A stretch of 64,000 nucleotides of DNA, taken from positions 6,751 through 70,750 of the forward strand of contig JACCXN010000009.1 of the NCBI GenBank assembly GCA_013696965.1. Reading direction: 5' to 3'. Origin of the DNA: Bacteroidota bacterium (GTDB lineage Bacteria; Bacteroidota; Bacteroidia; JACCXN01). Each line of letters begins with the position of its first letter. The stretch's first letter is position 1. A model generated the notes under the pieces. It did not search any database. It was not told the origin of the DNA and worked only from the letters and a program-made list of their open reading frames with translations. Made by a program: the position numbers and the translations under genes. Positions 17,329 through 27,035 of the stretch are shown here, piece by piece.

Positions 17329-19365
17329 ATGGGGAAAGAAACGACATTTACAAATAGGCTTGCAGAGGAAACAAGTCCTTATCTTTTACAGCATGCACAC
17401 AATCCTGTTGATTGGTTTCCCTGGAGTGATGAGGCTTTTGAAAAAGCAAAGAAAGAGGATAAACTAGTTTTGGTTAGTATAGGATATTCAGCCTGTCATT
17501 GGTGCCATGTTATGGAGCGGGAATCTTTTGAGAATCAAGAAACAGCAAGATTAATGAATGAAAAGTTTATTTGTATTAAAGTTGACCGTGAAGAAAGACC
17601 AGATGTTGATCAGGTATATATGACAGCTGTTCAATTAATGACAGGTACTGGTGGATGGCCTTTGAATTGTTTTACCCTCCCTGATGGAAGACCAGTTTAT
17701 GGAGGCACCTATTTCTCACCAGAGGATTGGAAAGCGGTTATCAATGATCTTTCTGAAGTATATAAAACTCAACCTGAAAAAGTACTTGAATATGCAGAAA
17801 AGTTGACGCAAGGGGTTCATTCAAGTGATTTTGTTCAGGTGAATACAAAAGCTCCTGAATTTACTATAGATACATTAAAAAGTGCAGTAAGAAAATGGTC
17901 GAAAAAATTCGACCGAATTGAGGGAGGTACCACACATGCACCAAAATTCCCTATGCCAAACAACTACTTGTTCCTTCTTCAATATGGGTATTTAAGCAAA
18001 GATGAACAAGTAAACAATTATGTAAAAACCTCACTTGAGAAAATGGCAATGGGTGGAATTTATGATCAGGTAGGGGGAGGTTTTTCACGGTATTCAACAG
18101 ATATGCTATGGAAAGTTCCACATTTTGAAAAAATGCTATATGACAACGCTCAACTTGTAAGTTTGTATTCGGAGGCATATCAGGCTGAAAAAAATCCGTT
18201 GTATAAACAAATAGTTTACGAAACAATTGAATTTGTAACCCGGGAATTAACAGCGGCAAATGGTGCTTTTTATTCCGCACTCGATGCCGATACTGAGGGT
18301 GAAGAAGGCAAGTATTATGTTTGGAAAAAAAACGAATTGGAAAACCTGTTAGGAACAAATTTTAAAACTGCCGTTGAATATTACAATATCAACAATTATG
18401 GAAAATGGGAAGATGGTTTTATTTTGTTAAGAAGGCATAGTGATGAGTATGTATCAAAAAAACTCAACATTGGTTTAGATGAGTTACAAAAGCAGGTGAA
18501 AGACATTAAATCTGTGCTTTTTCAGGCAAGGGAAAAAAGAACCAAGCCAGGTCTTGATGACAAATCTTTGACCTCCTGGAATGCTTTAATGCTAAAAGGT
18601 TTTACTGATGCATACAAAGTTTTTGGAGAACAGGAGTTTTTATTTGCTGCACTTAAAAACGCGAATTTTATTTCCGGTACTCAAAAGACTACTGATGGAG
18701 GATTATACCACAATTACAAAGAAAACAAATCAACGATAAACGGATACCTGGAGGATTATGCATTCACCATTGAAGCTTTTATAAGCCTATATGAAGTAAG
18801 CTTTGACATCCAATGGCTGGAAAAAGCAAAAGAGTTGATGGAATATACAATTGATAATTTCTATAACACGGAAAATGGGATGTTCTATTTTACTTCAAAA
18901 AAAGACAAGCCATTAATTTCCCGTAAAATGGAAATTACTGATAACGTAACTCCTGCATCAAATTCAAGCATTGCAAAATCTTTGTTTATGCTGGGGAAAT
19001 ATTACGAAAATGAAAAATATGCATCCATGTCTAGCAAAATGCTTAACAACATAAAGGATGAATTGGTTGAATTTGGAGCTAGTCATAGCAATTGGGCTAT
19101 TTTGATGCTTTATTATACTATGCCGTTTTTTGAAATTGTAATAATGGGGGTTGATGCTGAATTTAAAAGACAAGAACTCTCCAATTATTATATCCCTAAC
19201 AAAATTCTTGCAGGCGGAACACAGGAAAGCCATTTGCCGCTTTTCACAGACCGCCATATTCATGATAAAACAACTATTTATGTTTGTGTAAACCAGTTTT
19301 GTAATCTTCCGGTTAACGATATTAATGATGCTGTTAAGCAAATAGATGAATTGTTGGGTGGATAA
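17329..19365 (+). CDS. Thioredoxin-domain (DUF255 / YyaL) protein with a six-hairpin glycosidase-like C-terminal domain.
   Basis: N-terminal …[46 protein letters not shown]… is the DUF255 thioredoxin-like signature; 678 aa, as in YyaL/SPATA20-like proteins. Confidence 0.85.
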   Translation: MGKETTFTNRLAEETSPYLLQHAHNPVDWFPWSDEAFEKAKKEDKLVLVSIGYSACHWCHVMERESFENQETARLMNEKFICIKVDREERPDVDQVYMTAVQLMTGTGGWPLNCFTLPDGRPVYGGTYFSPEDWKAVINDLSEVYKTQPEKVLEYAEKLTQGVHSSDFVQVNTKAPEFTIDTLKSAVRKWSKKFDRIEGGTTHAPKFPMPNNYLFLLQYGYLSKDEQVNNYVKTSLEKMAMGGIYDQVGGGFSRYSTDMLWKVPHFEKMLYDNAQLVSLYSEAYQAEKNPLYKQIVYETIEFVTRELTAANGAFYSALDADTEGEEGKYYVWKKNELENLLGTNFKTAVEYYNINNYGKWEDGFILLRRHSDEYVSKKLNIGLDELQKQVKDIKSVLFQAREKRTKPGLDDKSLTSWNALMLKGFTDAYKVFGEQEFLFAALKNANFISGTQKTTDGGLYHNYKENKSTINGYLEDYAFTIEAFISLYEVSFDIQWLEKAKELMEYTIDNFYNTENGMFYFTSKKDKPLISRKMEITDNVTPASNSSIAKSLFMLGKYYENEKYASMSSKMLNNIKDELVEFGASHSNWAILMLYYTMPFFEIVIMGVDAEFKRQELSNYYIPNKILAGGTQESHLPLFTDRHIHDKTTIYVCVNQFCNLPVNDINDAVKQIDELLGG

Positions 19366-19501
19366 AAGAGGGTTTTGTTAAATAAATGTATTTAAAAATT
19401 ATTAAGCCAATTTTTCGAGCTGTGTTGCAGATTGAGGGTGATCATAACCTTGTTTGGTTGGTTAAGTCTTTTCAAGGGAATAATAAGAGTGATGTTTCCC
19501 A

Positions 19502-20986
19502 TTAAAAAAAATCTTCTTTGGGTAAACTAAATGTAATTGTTGTTCCTTTCTCTTCTTCACTTTCAATGGTAATTTTCCCTTTATGCTTTTCAACAAAGCT
19601 TTTTACAAGTGTTAAACCTAATCCGCTGCCAGCTTCATTTTCTGTCCCTATTGATGTTGGGAATATATTTTCCCTAAATAAATTATCTCTAATTTGAGCA
19701 GTCATTCCAACTCCGGTATCTTTAATTTTTATCTCAACCCTTTCGCCTTTAACCTGCGCATCTACTGTTATTTTCCCATATTTAGGGGTGAATTTTATGG
19801 CATTGGTTATTAAATTTTGAATTATTGAGCGCAGCATATTTATATCGGCTTTAACTCTAATTTCAGCACTAACATGGTTATTGATTTGAATTTCTTTCTT
19901 CTGTGCTAACTCCCTGATTAATTTTATGGAATCTTCAACTGCCCCGTATAATTCAATTTTTTTAGGTAAAAAGATTATTTTATTCTGCTGTGATTTAGCC
20001 CAATCTACTAATTCATCAAATTGCTTTACTAGTTTATTCGTTGAATTGTTTATTACCAGGGCCATTTGTTGAATGTCATTTAAGTCCATTTTATAAATAT
20101 TTTTAGCTAAAATCTCGGAAGAACCTGCCATTGCTGCGAGGGGATTTTTTAGATCATGAGAAATTACTTGAATGAATTTATCCTTGCCTTTATTGAGTTC
20201 CTGCAATTCGAAATTTACATTTTCAAGCTCCAGGGTTCGCGCCTCCACCCTTTTTTCCAGTTGCTCATTCATTTTTTTTAGTTCTTCCTGTGATATTTTT
20301 AAAAGGCGATAATCATTGCTTATTCTTTTGTACATTCTAATAAGGAAAAAGGTCATAAAAAACACCGTGAGTATTCCAATGGCAATAAGACAATTACTGA
20401 TTTGTTTAAATCCATTGATTTTAGCAATTGATTTATTGGTTTCATATTCAGCATCTTTAATCATTAGGTCTGAAAGTTCATCCAGTTCAGTTATATAAAT
20501 GTCAAAATAAGGCCTTATTTGCTGCTTTTCATAATTTATTGGAATAGAAAGGGCTTCCCTATTACTCAATGAAATTCCTTCATTCAATTTCTGCAAATAT
20601 TTATCCCTTGCTCTTTTAGCATCATCAAATTTATTTCTTACTAAAGGATCTACAATTGAAATAGGGAGATCAACATAAAGTTCAAAACTTTCCTGAAGCA
20701 TTCCATGCAACTCTTGTTCTAATAAAAACTTTTCCTTTATATCAGTTTCATCTAAATGATGTAGCAAATATATTTCCTGTAAGCCTGCATTGAGCTGAAT
20801 TTTTCCAATTGAAGAAAGTTGTTCCAGTGAGGTTCGCTTTAAAAATTCTATTGCTCTTTTATAATTCTGAATACTTAAATAATTATAAATGGCGACTGTA
20901 ATTAACAGTGTTGTAATTATTATGAAGATAAAAAGAATTTGTTTTCTAATTGAAAATCCTCTTGTTTGTATATCCTTAAATATCAT
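19502..20986 (-). CDS. Membrane sensor histidine kinase: two TM helices flanking a ~150-aa periplasmic domain, then a coiled-coil, HisKA and HATPase_c.
   Basis: H-box ISHDLKNPLAAMAGSSEIL; ATPase …NAIKFTPKYG…DTGVGM…GSGLGLTLVKSFVEKHKG. Confidence 0.85.
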   Translation of the reverse strand: MIFKDIQTRGFSIRKQILFIFIIITTLLITVAIYNYLSIQNYKRAIEFLKRTSLEQLSSIGKIQLNAGLQEIYLLHHLDETDIKEKFLLEQELHGMLQESFELYVDLPISIVDPLVRNKFDDAKRARDKYLQKLNEGISLSNREALSIPINYEKQQIRPYFDIYITELDELSDLMIKDAEYETNKSIAKINGFKQISNCLIAIGILTVFFMTFFLIRMYKRISNDYRLLKISQEELKKMNEQLEKRVEARTLELENVNFELQELNKGKDKFIQVISHDLKNPLAAMAGSSEILAKNIYKMDLNDIQQMALVINNSTNKLVKQFDELVDWAKSQQNKIIFLPKKIELYGAVEDSIKLIRELAQKKEIQINNHVSAEIRVKADINMLRSIIQNLITNAIKFTPKYGKITVDAQVKGERVEIKIKDTGVGMTAQIRDNLFRENIFPTSIGTENEAGSGLGLTLVKSFVEKHKGKITIESEEEKGTTITFSLPKEDFF

Positions 20987-21214
20987 TTTCTATTTCTTTC
21001 ATTTGTTCCATTTCATTAACAGTTTTGACAAAAATTAGTCCTAAGTTCAGGGCTAATGAATACAATGCTCTTTGTACCTTTTTTAGATAAATAATCTACT
21101 AAAAATTGAGTATAAATTGAAACACCGATAGAGCAGCTTTTCACCATTTTTACTTTTTTTATGGACTTAATGAAAAGGAATAATAGCAAAATCATAAAAA
21201 CAATTAAACCAATA

Positions 21215-23176
21215 TTATACCCTCACTCCCATTACACAAACATCATCCACTTGTTCGTAATTTCCTTTCCATTTGGTGAACTCAGTGTCTAAAACCTGCA
21301 TTTGAACACTTGGCAGATCATTCATTATTCGAATAAGGTTTTCTTTAAATGCTTTATACTTGTATTTCTTTCCATTAGGGCCACCGAACTGATCGGGAAA
21401 ACCATCGGAAAATATACAAATGATGTCTCCTTTATGAAGTTGTATGATATGATTTGTATAGGCAGTTCTTTCGGAATGAATGCCTATTGGTTGTTTATTT
21501 GGTTTAAATTCCACTAACTGTGGCTTGACAGCTAATTTTTCCGGGAAAAATACAACTTTTGAGCTTGCCTTAAATCTTTCATTAGCTCTATGGGGAAGTA
21601 TGTAAAGGGGGTTATTGGCTCCTGCCCACTGCAACTCATGAGTTTGAGGATTAAAGGAGCACAAGGAAATATCCATTCCGTCTTTTACTTCCTGCTCACT
21701 TTTTTCAAATGCTTCGATTACCAACTCGCGTGTTTTATTTAATATTTGCGCTGGTTCAGTAAGGAGAAATTCTCTCACACTCCTGTTTAATGCATTCACA
21801 CAAACAATGCTAACCATAGCTCCGGGCACACCATGACCTGTGCAATCAGCAACTGCAAACAATATAAGCTTTTCTGCTTTTCTGCCTTTTGGTGTAACTG
21901 TTTCTAACCAATAAAAATCGCCACTAACAACATCCTTTGGTTTGTAAAACAAAAAACTTTCAGGCAGAACCTGGGTTAACAATTTAGCAGGAGGCAAAAT
22001 CGCTTGTTGGATTCTGAGTGCATATTTTATGCTGTCCTTAAGTTCTCCGTGGAACTCTTCTATCAGCTCCTTTTGCTTGGAAATTTCTTCGTTTTTAATT
22101 TTAAAGAATTTGGTTTGCTGTTCAGAAAACATATTGGATTTTATTTCCTCATATCTTTTAAAATAGTCAAGGGATTGCTTCCAATCGTTTAACTTTTCAT
22201 AACATTCTGCAAGATATTTATAAATGGATTGCGTTTTAACTATTGCATTGTATTTAAGGGTAGATACCAAGGCTTCTTTAAAAATGAAAATTGCATGGTT
22301 AAGGTCTCCTTTTTTAATGTTAAGACTACCCATTAGAATATACGAGGTTGTAGCTGCATCCAAAAGATTGGATTCAATCCTGAGTTCATAGCTTTTTCTG
22401 CAATATTCTATTGCTTTATCAATCTCTCCAACTAATTCATAATAAACAGCCATATCATACCAGCTCCTTGCTAGTTGGGAACCCGGACGCGCAGCTTCTA
22501 TTGCAGCTATAAAATGTTCTTCGGATCTGGCATAATCCTTATTGTTTAGGTAAAGATTCCCTAAACCACTATAGAGTCTGAATTTTGCTGAATGAATTAT
22601 ATTCTCCTTTCCAAAATTAAGGCCCTGCTTGTAATAACTTTCTGCCGATTTAAATTCTCCTAATGTAACATGCAATTCGCCAAGGAAATAATATGCCAAT
22701 AAGGCATAAGTAGCATAGGAGCCCAGAGGGTTTATTAATCTTGGAACTTCAAGCAGGTGAAACAAGGCTTTATCATATTGGCCAAGACTCCTATAGTTAC
22801 CACCACAGAACAATCTTGCCATTGCCTCAATCTCTTTGTTTTCCCATAGAACATTTGGAGGCAGAACAGCTAAAAAATTTATTTCGGCTTCTGCACAATT
22901 ACTTTCAAAGAAACCCTCTATTGCGCATACCAGCCTTATATAATCCTCTGCGTGAGGGCTTAAAGAATAAATTGAACACAGTTCCTTAACGATTACGGAC
23001 TGCTTTTTCAATTCATTCAAATCGCCATTTGAGGCTACATCCCAAAATGCTATAATTGCCTCATGTAATTTATCGGGGTTAAACTGAATTTGTGGAATTG
23101 TTAGCTTTATAACACTCATACTAATAATAATTGCGCCATTGAAAGGAGTTTGTGTTACTTTGCATCCTGTTTTCAA
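21215..23176 (-). CDS. TPR-repeat sensor fused to a SpoIIE/PP2C-type serine phosphatase.
   Basis: Multiple TPR-like helices (…YYELVGEIDKAIEYCRKSYELR…) and a C-terminal phosphatase signature VVSGDFYWLE…AVADCTGHGVPGAMVSIV…ICIFSDGFPDQFG. The true start may be an internal Met (MSVIKL…). Confidence 0.8.
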   Translation of the reverse strand: MKTGCKVTQTPFNGAIIISMSVIKLTIPQIQFNPDKLHEAIIAFWDVASNGDLNELKKQSVIVKELCSIYSLSPHAEDYIRLVCAIEGFFESNCAEAEINFLAVLPPNVLWENKEIEAMARLFCGGNYRSLGQYDKALFHLLEVPRLINPLGSYATYALLAYYFLGELHVTLGEFKSAESYYKQGLNFGKENIIHSAKFRLYSGLGNLYLNNKDYARSEEHFIAAIEAARPGSQLARSWYDMAVYYELVGEIDKAIEYCRKSYELRIESNLLDAATTSYILMGSLNIKKGDLNHAIFIFKEALVSTLKYNAIVKTQSIYKYLAECYEKLNDWKQSLDYFKRYEEIKSNMFSEQQTKFFKIKNEEISKQKELIEEFHGELKDSIKYALRIQQAILPPAKLLTQVLPESFLFYKPKDVVSGDFYWLETVTPKGRKAEKLILFAVADCTGHGVPGAMVSIVCVNALNRSVREFLLTEPAQILNKTRELVIEAFEKSEQEVKDGMDISLCSFNPQTHELQWAGANNPLYILPHRANERFKASSKVVFFPEKLAVKPQLVEFKPNKQPIGIHSERTAYTNHIIQLHKGDIICIFSDGFPDQFGGPNGKKYKYKAFKENLIRIMNDLPSVQMQVLDTEFTKWKGNYEQVDDVCVMGVRV

Positions 23177-23332
23177 ATATACCCAAAATGTTAACTGTGT
23201 GTTTATAATGGAAAAAAAATATTAACATATTGAGAAATAATATATTTTTGATTACGAGTAGGAGGGCTTATCAGGGAACAAGAAGGGTTAAAAGTAAATC
23301 ACAACTTAAGTATAAAATTTAAACTGAAAAAC

Positions 23333-23749
23333 ATGAGCATAATAAAGGAATTCAAAGAATTTGCCATGAAAGGCAACTTAATTGACATGGCTGTTGCATT
23401 TGTAATGGGAGTGTCCTTTGGAAAAGTAGTAAGTGGATTTATTGATGGTATTGTTATGCCGGTTGTGGGTAAAATTATTTCAGGAGTTGATTTTAAATCA
23501 TTGAAATATATTTTATCAGAGGCACAAATAGACGCCTCAGGTAAAGTAATTGCACCGGAAACATCAATTAAATATGGCGAATTTATTACAATTTTAATCG
23601 ACTTCATTTTAGTTGCTTTTTTTATGTTTATGGTAATTAAAACAATGAATAAGTTAAAGAAAAAACAGGAGGTTGCACCCGTAACACCTCATCTTACTAC
23701 ACTGGATCAAAAACTTTTGAAGGAAATACGTGATTTATTGAAAAAATAA
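23333..23749 (+). CDS. mscL: Large-conductance mechanosensitive channel.
   Basis: MSIIKEFKEFAMKGNLIDMAVAFVMGVSFGKVVSGFIDGIVMP… is canonical MscL; 138 aa. Confidence 0.9.
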   Translation: MSIIKEFKEFAMKGNLIDMAVAFVMGVSFGKVVSGFIDGIVMPVVGKIISGVDFKSLKYILSEAQIDASGKVIAPETSIKYGEFITILIDFILVAFFMFMVIKTMNKLKKKQEVAPVTPHLTTLDQKLLKEIRDLLKK

Positions 23750-23838
23750 AAAGAATAAACTGAAGTGGTAAACCAATTTAGAAAAGTTAATTGGAATCGA
23801 AAAATTTTAAAAAATAAATTGAATTAACTCAAAATAGT

Positions 23839-24474
23839 ATGGTAATGAATCCTAACATGAGTAGATTGGTTTTAACTACTCATATTACATTTTCAGCAGG
23901 CTGGCTTGGTGCAGTGGTGGTTTTCCTTGCCCTTGCCATAACAGGTATAACTAGTCAGGACACCCTTCTGGCCCATTCGGCTTATCTTGCAATGGAATTA
24001 AGTGCATGGTTTGTTATCATACCATTTTGTTTGGCTTCATTAATTACTGGAATTGTTCAAGCATTGGGGACTAAATGGGGCTTGTTTAAACGTTATTGGA
24101 TAATAGTTAAATTATTTCTGACACTTGTTTCCACAGTTGTTTTGTTGCTTCATATGCAGCCTATTAGTCATCTTGGAGCATTAGCAAGTGATTTATCATC
24201 ATCAAAAATTTTACAATCAAATTTCCGCATACAAGTAATAGCAGAAGCAGGTGCCGCTATTTTAGTTTTACTTGCAGCAACAACAATTTCTGTTTATAAA
24301 CCATGGGGGAAAACAAAGTTTGGCCAGGATGAAAAAATTCAAAAATTAAATACGCAAGAAAAGACTGTGCAAACCAAAAAAACATTGAAATTTTATATGA
24401 TTTTTGGTTTAATAAGTTTAATTCTTATTTTTATTTTAATGCATCTTTTAGGGGGAGGTATGGGAAGACATTAA
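23839..24474 (+). CDS. Hypothetical polytopic membrane protein (about 5 TM helices).
   Basis: Hydrophobicity pattern only; no motif recognised. Confidence 0.45.
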   Translation: MVMNPNMSRLVLTTHITFSAGWLGAVVVFLALAITGITSQDTLLAHSAYLAMELSAWFVIIPFCLASLITGIVQALGTKWGLFKRYWIIVKLFLTLVSTVVLLLHMQPISHLGALASDLSSSKILQSNFRIQVIAEAGAAILVLLAATTISVYKPWGKTKFGQDEKIQKLNTQEKTVQTKKTLKFYMIFGLISLILIFILMHLLGGGMGRH

Positions 24475-24519
24475 CTTTTAAATCAAATAGAAAAATTAGT
24501 TGAAAAAAAATAACCTTGC

Positions 24520-25068
24520 ATGAAACTCCACGCTAATAAAAAATCCCTTGTTTTAATATTACTCTTGTTTTGCTTTATAAGTTGTGTTCAAACTAACAAG
24601 ATGGATGATTACTTGATTTCTTTTTCAGATGAAGAAAACAATGATTATGGCTATAAAAATAAGATGGGAGATACCATAATTCCACCTGGGAAGTACACAA
24701 TTTGCTTTACTGATACTTTTAAAACTTATGCTATTGTATTTGAATCAAGCATTGGCTTTGTAGCTATCGACAGGCAGGAAAATATATTATATAAAGTTTA
24801 TCCTTTTGATAATGGCCCTGATTATCAATCTGATGGATGTTTTAGAATAACACATGAAAACAAAATCGGGTTTGCTGAAGCTGAAAGCGGAAAAATTATT
24901 ATTGAGCCCCAGTTCGATTGTGCTTATCCATTTGAAAAAGGCCTTGCCAAGGTGAGCATAAATTGCCAGGCACAGTCAGAGGGTGAACATGCATTATGGA
25001 TCAGTGAAAATTGGTTTTACATCGATAAAACAGGAAAAAAGTTTCACAGCCCGACAAATACTAAATAA
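24520..25068 (+). CDS. WG-repeat (KWG-like) lipoprotein.
   Basis: Lipobox …LLFCFISCVQ. The repeated pattern …IGFVAIDRQENILYKVYPFD… / …KIGFAEAESGKIIIEPQFDCAYPFEKGLAKVS resembles WG-containing repeats (KIGfid.sGkivIeP.FD.a..F.eGLA.V). Confidence 0.5.
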   Translation: MKLHANKKSLVLILLLFCFISCVQTNKMDDYLISFSDEENNDYGYKNKMGDTIIPPGKYTICFTDTFKTYAIVFESSIGFVAIDRQENILYKVYPFDNGPDYQSDGCFRITHENKIGFAEAESGKIIIEPQFDCAYPFEKGLAKVSINCQAQSEGEHALWISENWFYIDKTGKKFHSPTNTK

Positions 25069-25403
25069 TGAACTTAAAGGGTATATAAACAGGAAAAAAT
25101 TCAATAAAGTCAGCTCCGGACAGCAAACAAATGAAAAAGGAGCAAATTTTTGGCAAACTATATTCATTCTTTTGTTTATTAATTCCCTTAACATGAAAAG
25201 GAAAAACCAATTGGCAGAAAAAATTTATGGTTTTCTATTTCCTAAAATTGAAACTTCAAAAAAACATTTCAACACAATTCAATAAAAGGTTTTAATTGTT
25301 TAAAACCCGAATATTTTTAAATTCTCTTTTTGAACATTGATTGTAATAACAAAAACAAATATTACGTTTGTGCAACATAAATCAATTACAGCTTTCGCAT
25401 TTT

Positions 25404-26303
25404 ATGATTAAATTTTATTTCAGCCTTTTAATGGTGGTTTTTATTGTATTAAAATGCGATGCACAAATAATTGATGCCGATAGAAATCCTTATTCAAAAG
25501 AGCCTTTTTTTAATCCGGAATTTATTCTGAGTGAAAACATAAAATCAATTACAGGCGCATTTCATTACAAAAGAGACAACGAAAAAATGTATGACAAGGG
25601 CATTATTGTAAAATATGAATTTGACTGCAATGGAAGGCTCGAAAGACTGTATAACACCTTTAAAAAATATGGAGGGGAAACGGATACGCTTTTTGTTTTT
25701 TATGAATATGACAGCATTGGTAGATTAAATGTAAAACGAACTACCGACAATTTTGGCTTCTATTCAATAAATTACTCCTATAATGAATCCGGGAACATCT
25801 TTCAGGAAACCTATTCCAGGGAATTAAATGCAAATTCATATTCTGGACAGTTTATACTTTCTAAGCAATATGCAATGGGCGTTGAAAAGTTCGAATTTAC
25901 TTATGTTTCCCCTGTTTATTATACCAAAAAGCTGCTAAATAGCTTGGGTTTGCCTTTTAAGGAAATTAGTTATTTGATGAATGAAAATGGAAAGTTAATT
26001 GAAGAAACAGGAACTTTCCTTTCCATTAGGCATGTTGAACGAAAAAAATATATTTATAACGATAATGGAAAGCTTAGTGAAAGCAATGAATCTTCTGATT
26101 TGGGGCAAAATAGTACCATACACTATATTTATGCTTATGATCAAAAAGACCAATTAATTGAAATAAAAAAACTGAAAAATGAAGAGCCGGTTAAGGTTAC
26201 TGAATTTATGCTAAATGAGAAAGGTTTTTTAACCAATGCTCTCAGCAGGGATATTGCCGGGAAAATTATTGATGTTACTAAATTCAGTTATGAATTTTAT
26301 TAA
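25404..26303 (+). CDS. Small secreted YD-repeat (RHS-type repeat) protein, about 300 aa.
   Basis: Signal peptide MIKFYFSLLMVVFIVLKCDAQ. At least five YD-like repeats (YEFDCNGRLERL, YEYDSIGRLNVK, YLMNENGKLIEE, YIYNDNGKLSES, YAYDQKDQLIEI) match the Y-x-Y-D-x-x-G-R/K-L consensus. Confidence 0.5.
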   Translation: MIKFYFSLLMVVFIVLKCDAQIIDADRNPYSKEPFFNPEFILSENIKSITGAFHYKRDNEKMYDKGIIVKYEFDCNGRLERLYNTFKKYGGETDTLFVFYEYDSIGRLNVKRTTDNFGFYSINYSYNESGNIFQETYSRELNANSYSGQFILSKQYAMGVEKFEFTYVSPVYYTKKLLNSLGLPFKEISYLMNENGKLIEETGTFLSIRHVERKKYIYNDNGKLSESNESSDLGQNSTIHYIYAYDQKDQLIEIKKLKNEEPVKVTEFMLNEKGFLTNALSRDIAGKIIDVTKFSYEFY

Positions 26304-26334
26304 GTAAGGACTGGCTTTTTTAAACAGTAGAAAA

Positions 26335-27030
26335 TCAGAATTTTTTTTTGGGTACTGTGCTTACAAAATCTTTTAAATAATAGGGTTCAAAATAAGCGGT
26401 ATCTACGAACATCCTTTTATTAAAAGAGTTTTCTGCAAGAGGCGCCATTGTTGCAGATGATGGATAAACCTCATTCAAAAAAAAAGCATTTGGATTAGCT
26501 CCTAACAGATCTTTGCATTTTTGAGAACCATCTCCAAAAAAATATATTTTGTTCCTAGCCAAAAGATCATTAAAAGAATCATCCTGAATAATTTTAGCCT
26601 CAATTTCTTGTATCAGTACATTTTCTTTATTAAAAACAGCACAGTATACCTCCATTCTCCTTGCATCAATCATTGGGCAAAAAAGAACATCAGGGGAAGT
26701 ATTTTTTAATTTTAAAGCAGCAGACAGAGCCATTTGTTGCAATGTACTCACAGCTATAAGTGGAATATCAAGGGCATAACAAAATCCTTTTGCTGCAGAT
26801 ACCCCTATTCGTAATCCTGTATATGAACCTGGGCCCATGCTTACTGATATTGCGTGCAGCCTATCCATTGTAAGGCCAGCTTGTTTTAATACATCAGAAA
26901 CAAAAACAGTAAGTTTTTCAGCATGTGCATACTCTCCGTGATGTTCCTTTATTGCAACTACTTCTCCATTGTTAGATATGGATACAGAACAGACCTGAGT
27001 AGCTGATTCCAAATTTAATATTAACGCCAC
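26335..27030 (-). CDS. tsaB: tRNA threonylcarbamoyladenosine (t6A) biosynthesis protein TsaB (YeaZ).
   Basis: MALILNLESATQVCSVSI…MGPGSYTGLRIGVSAAKGFCYALDIPLIAVSTLQ is the TsaB/YeaZ signature; 231 aa. Confidence 0.85.
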   Translation of the reverse strand: MALILNLESATQVCSVSISNNGEVVAIKEHHGEYAHAEKLTVFVSDVLKQAGLTMDRLHAISVSMGPGSYTGLRIGVSAAKGFCYALDIPLIAVSTLQQMALSAALKLKNTSPDVLFCPMIDARRMEVYCAVFNKENVLIQEIEAKIIQDDSFNDLLARNKIYFFGDGSQKCKDLLGANPNAFFLNEVYPSSATMAPLAENSFNKRMFVDTAYFEPYYLKDFVSTVPKKKF

Positions 27031-27035
27031 CTAAT

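Noticed and set aside
24983-25285. ORFs 24983-25285 (+) and 24994-25194 (-) in the gap between the WG-repeat and YD-repeat genes
   Set aside because: They are Lys/Asn/Phe-rich low-complexity translations of an AT-rich intergenic region, they overlap each other on opposite strands, and they show no signal peptide or motif.
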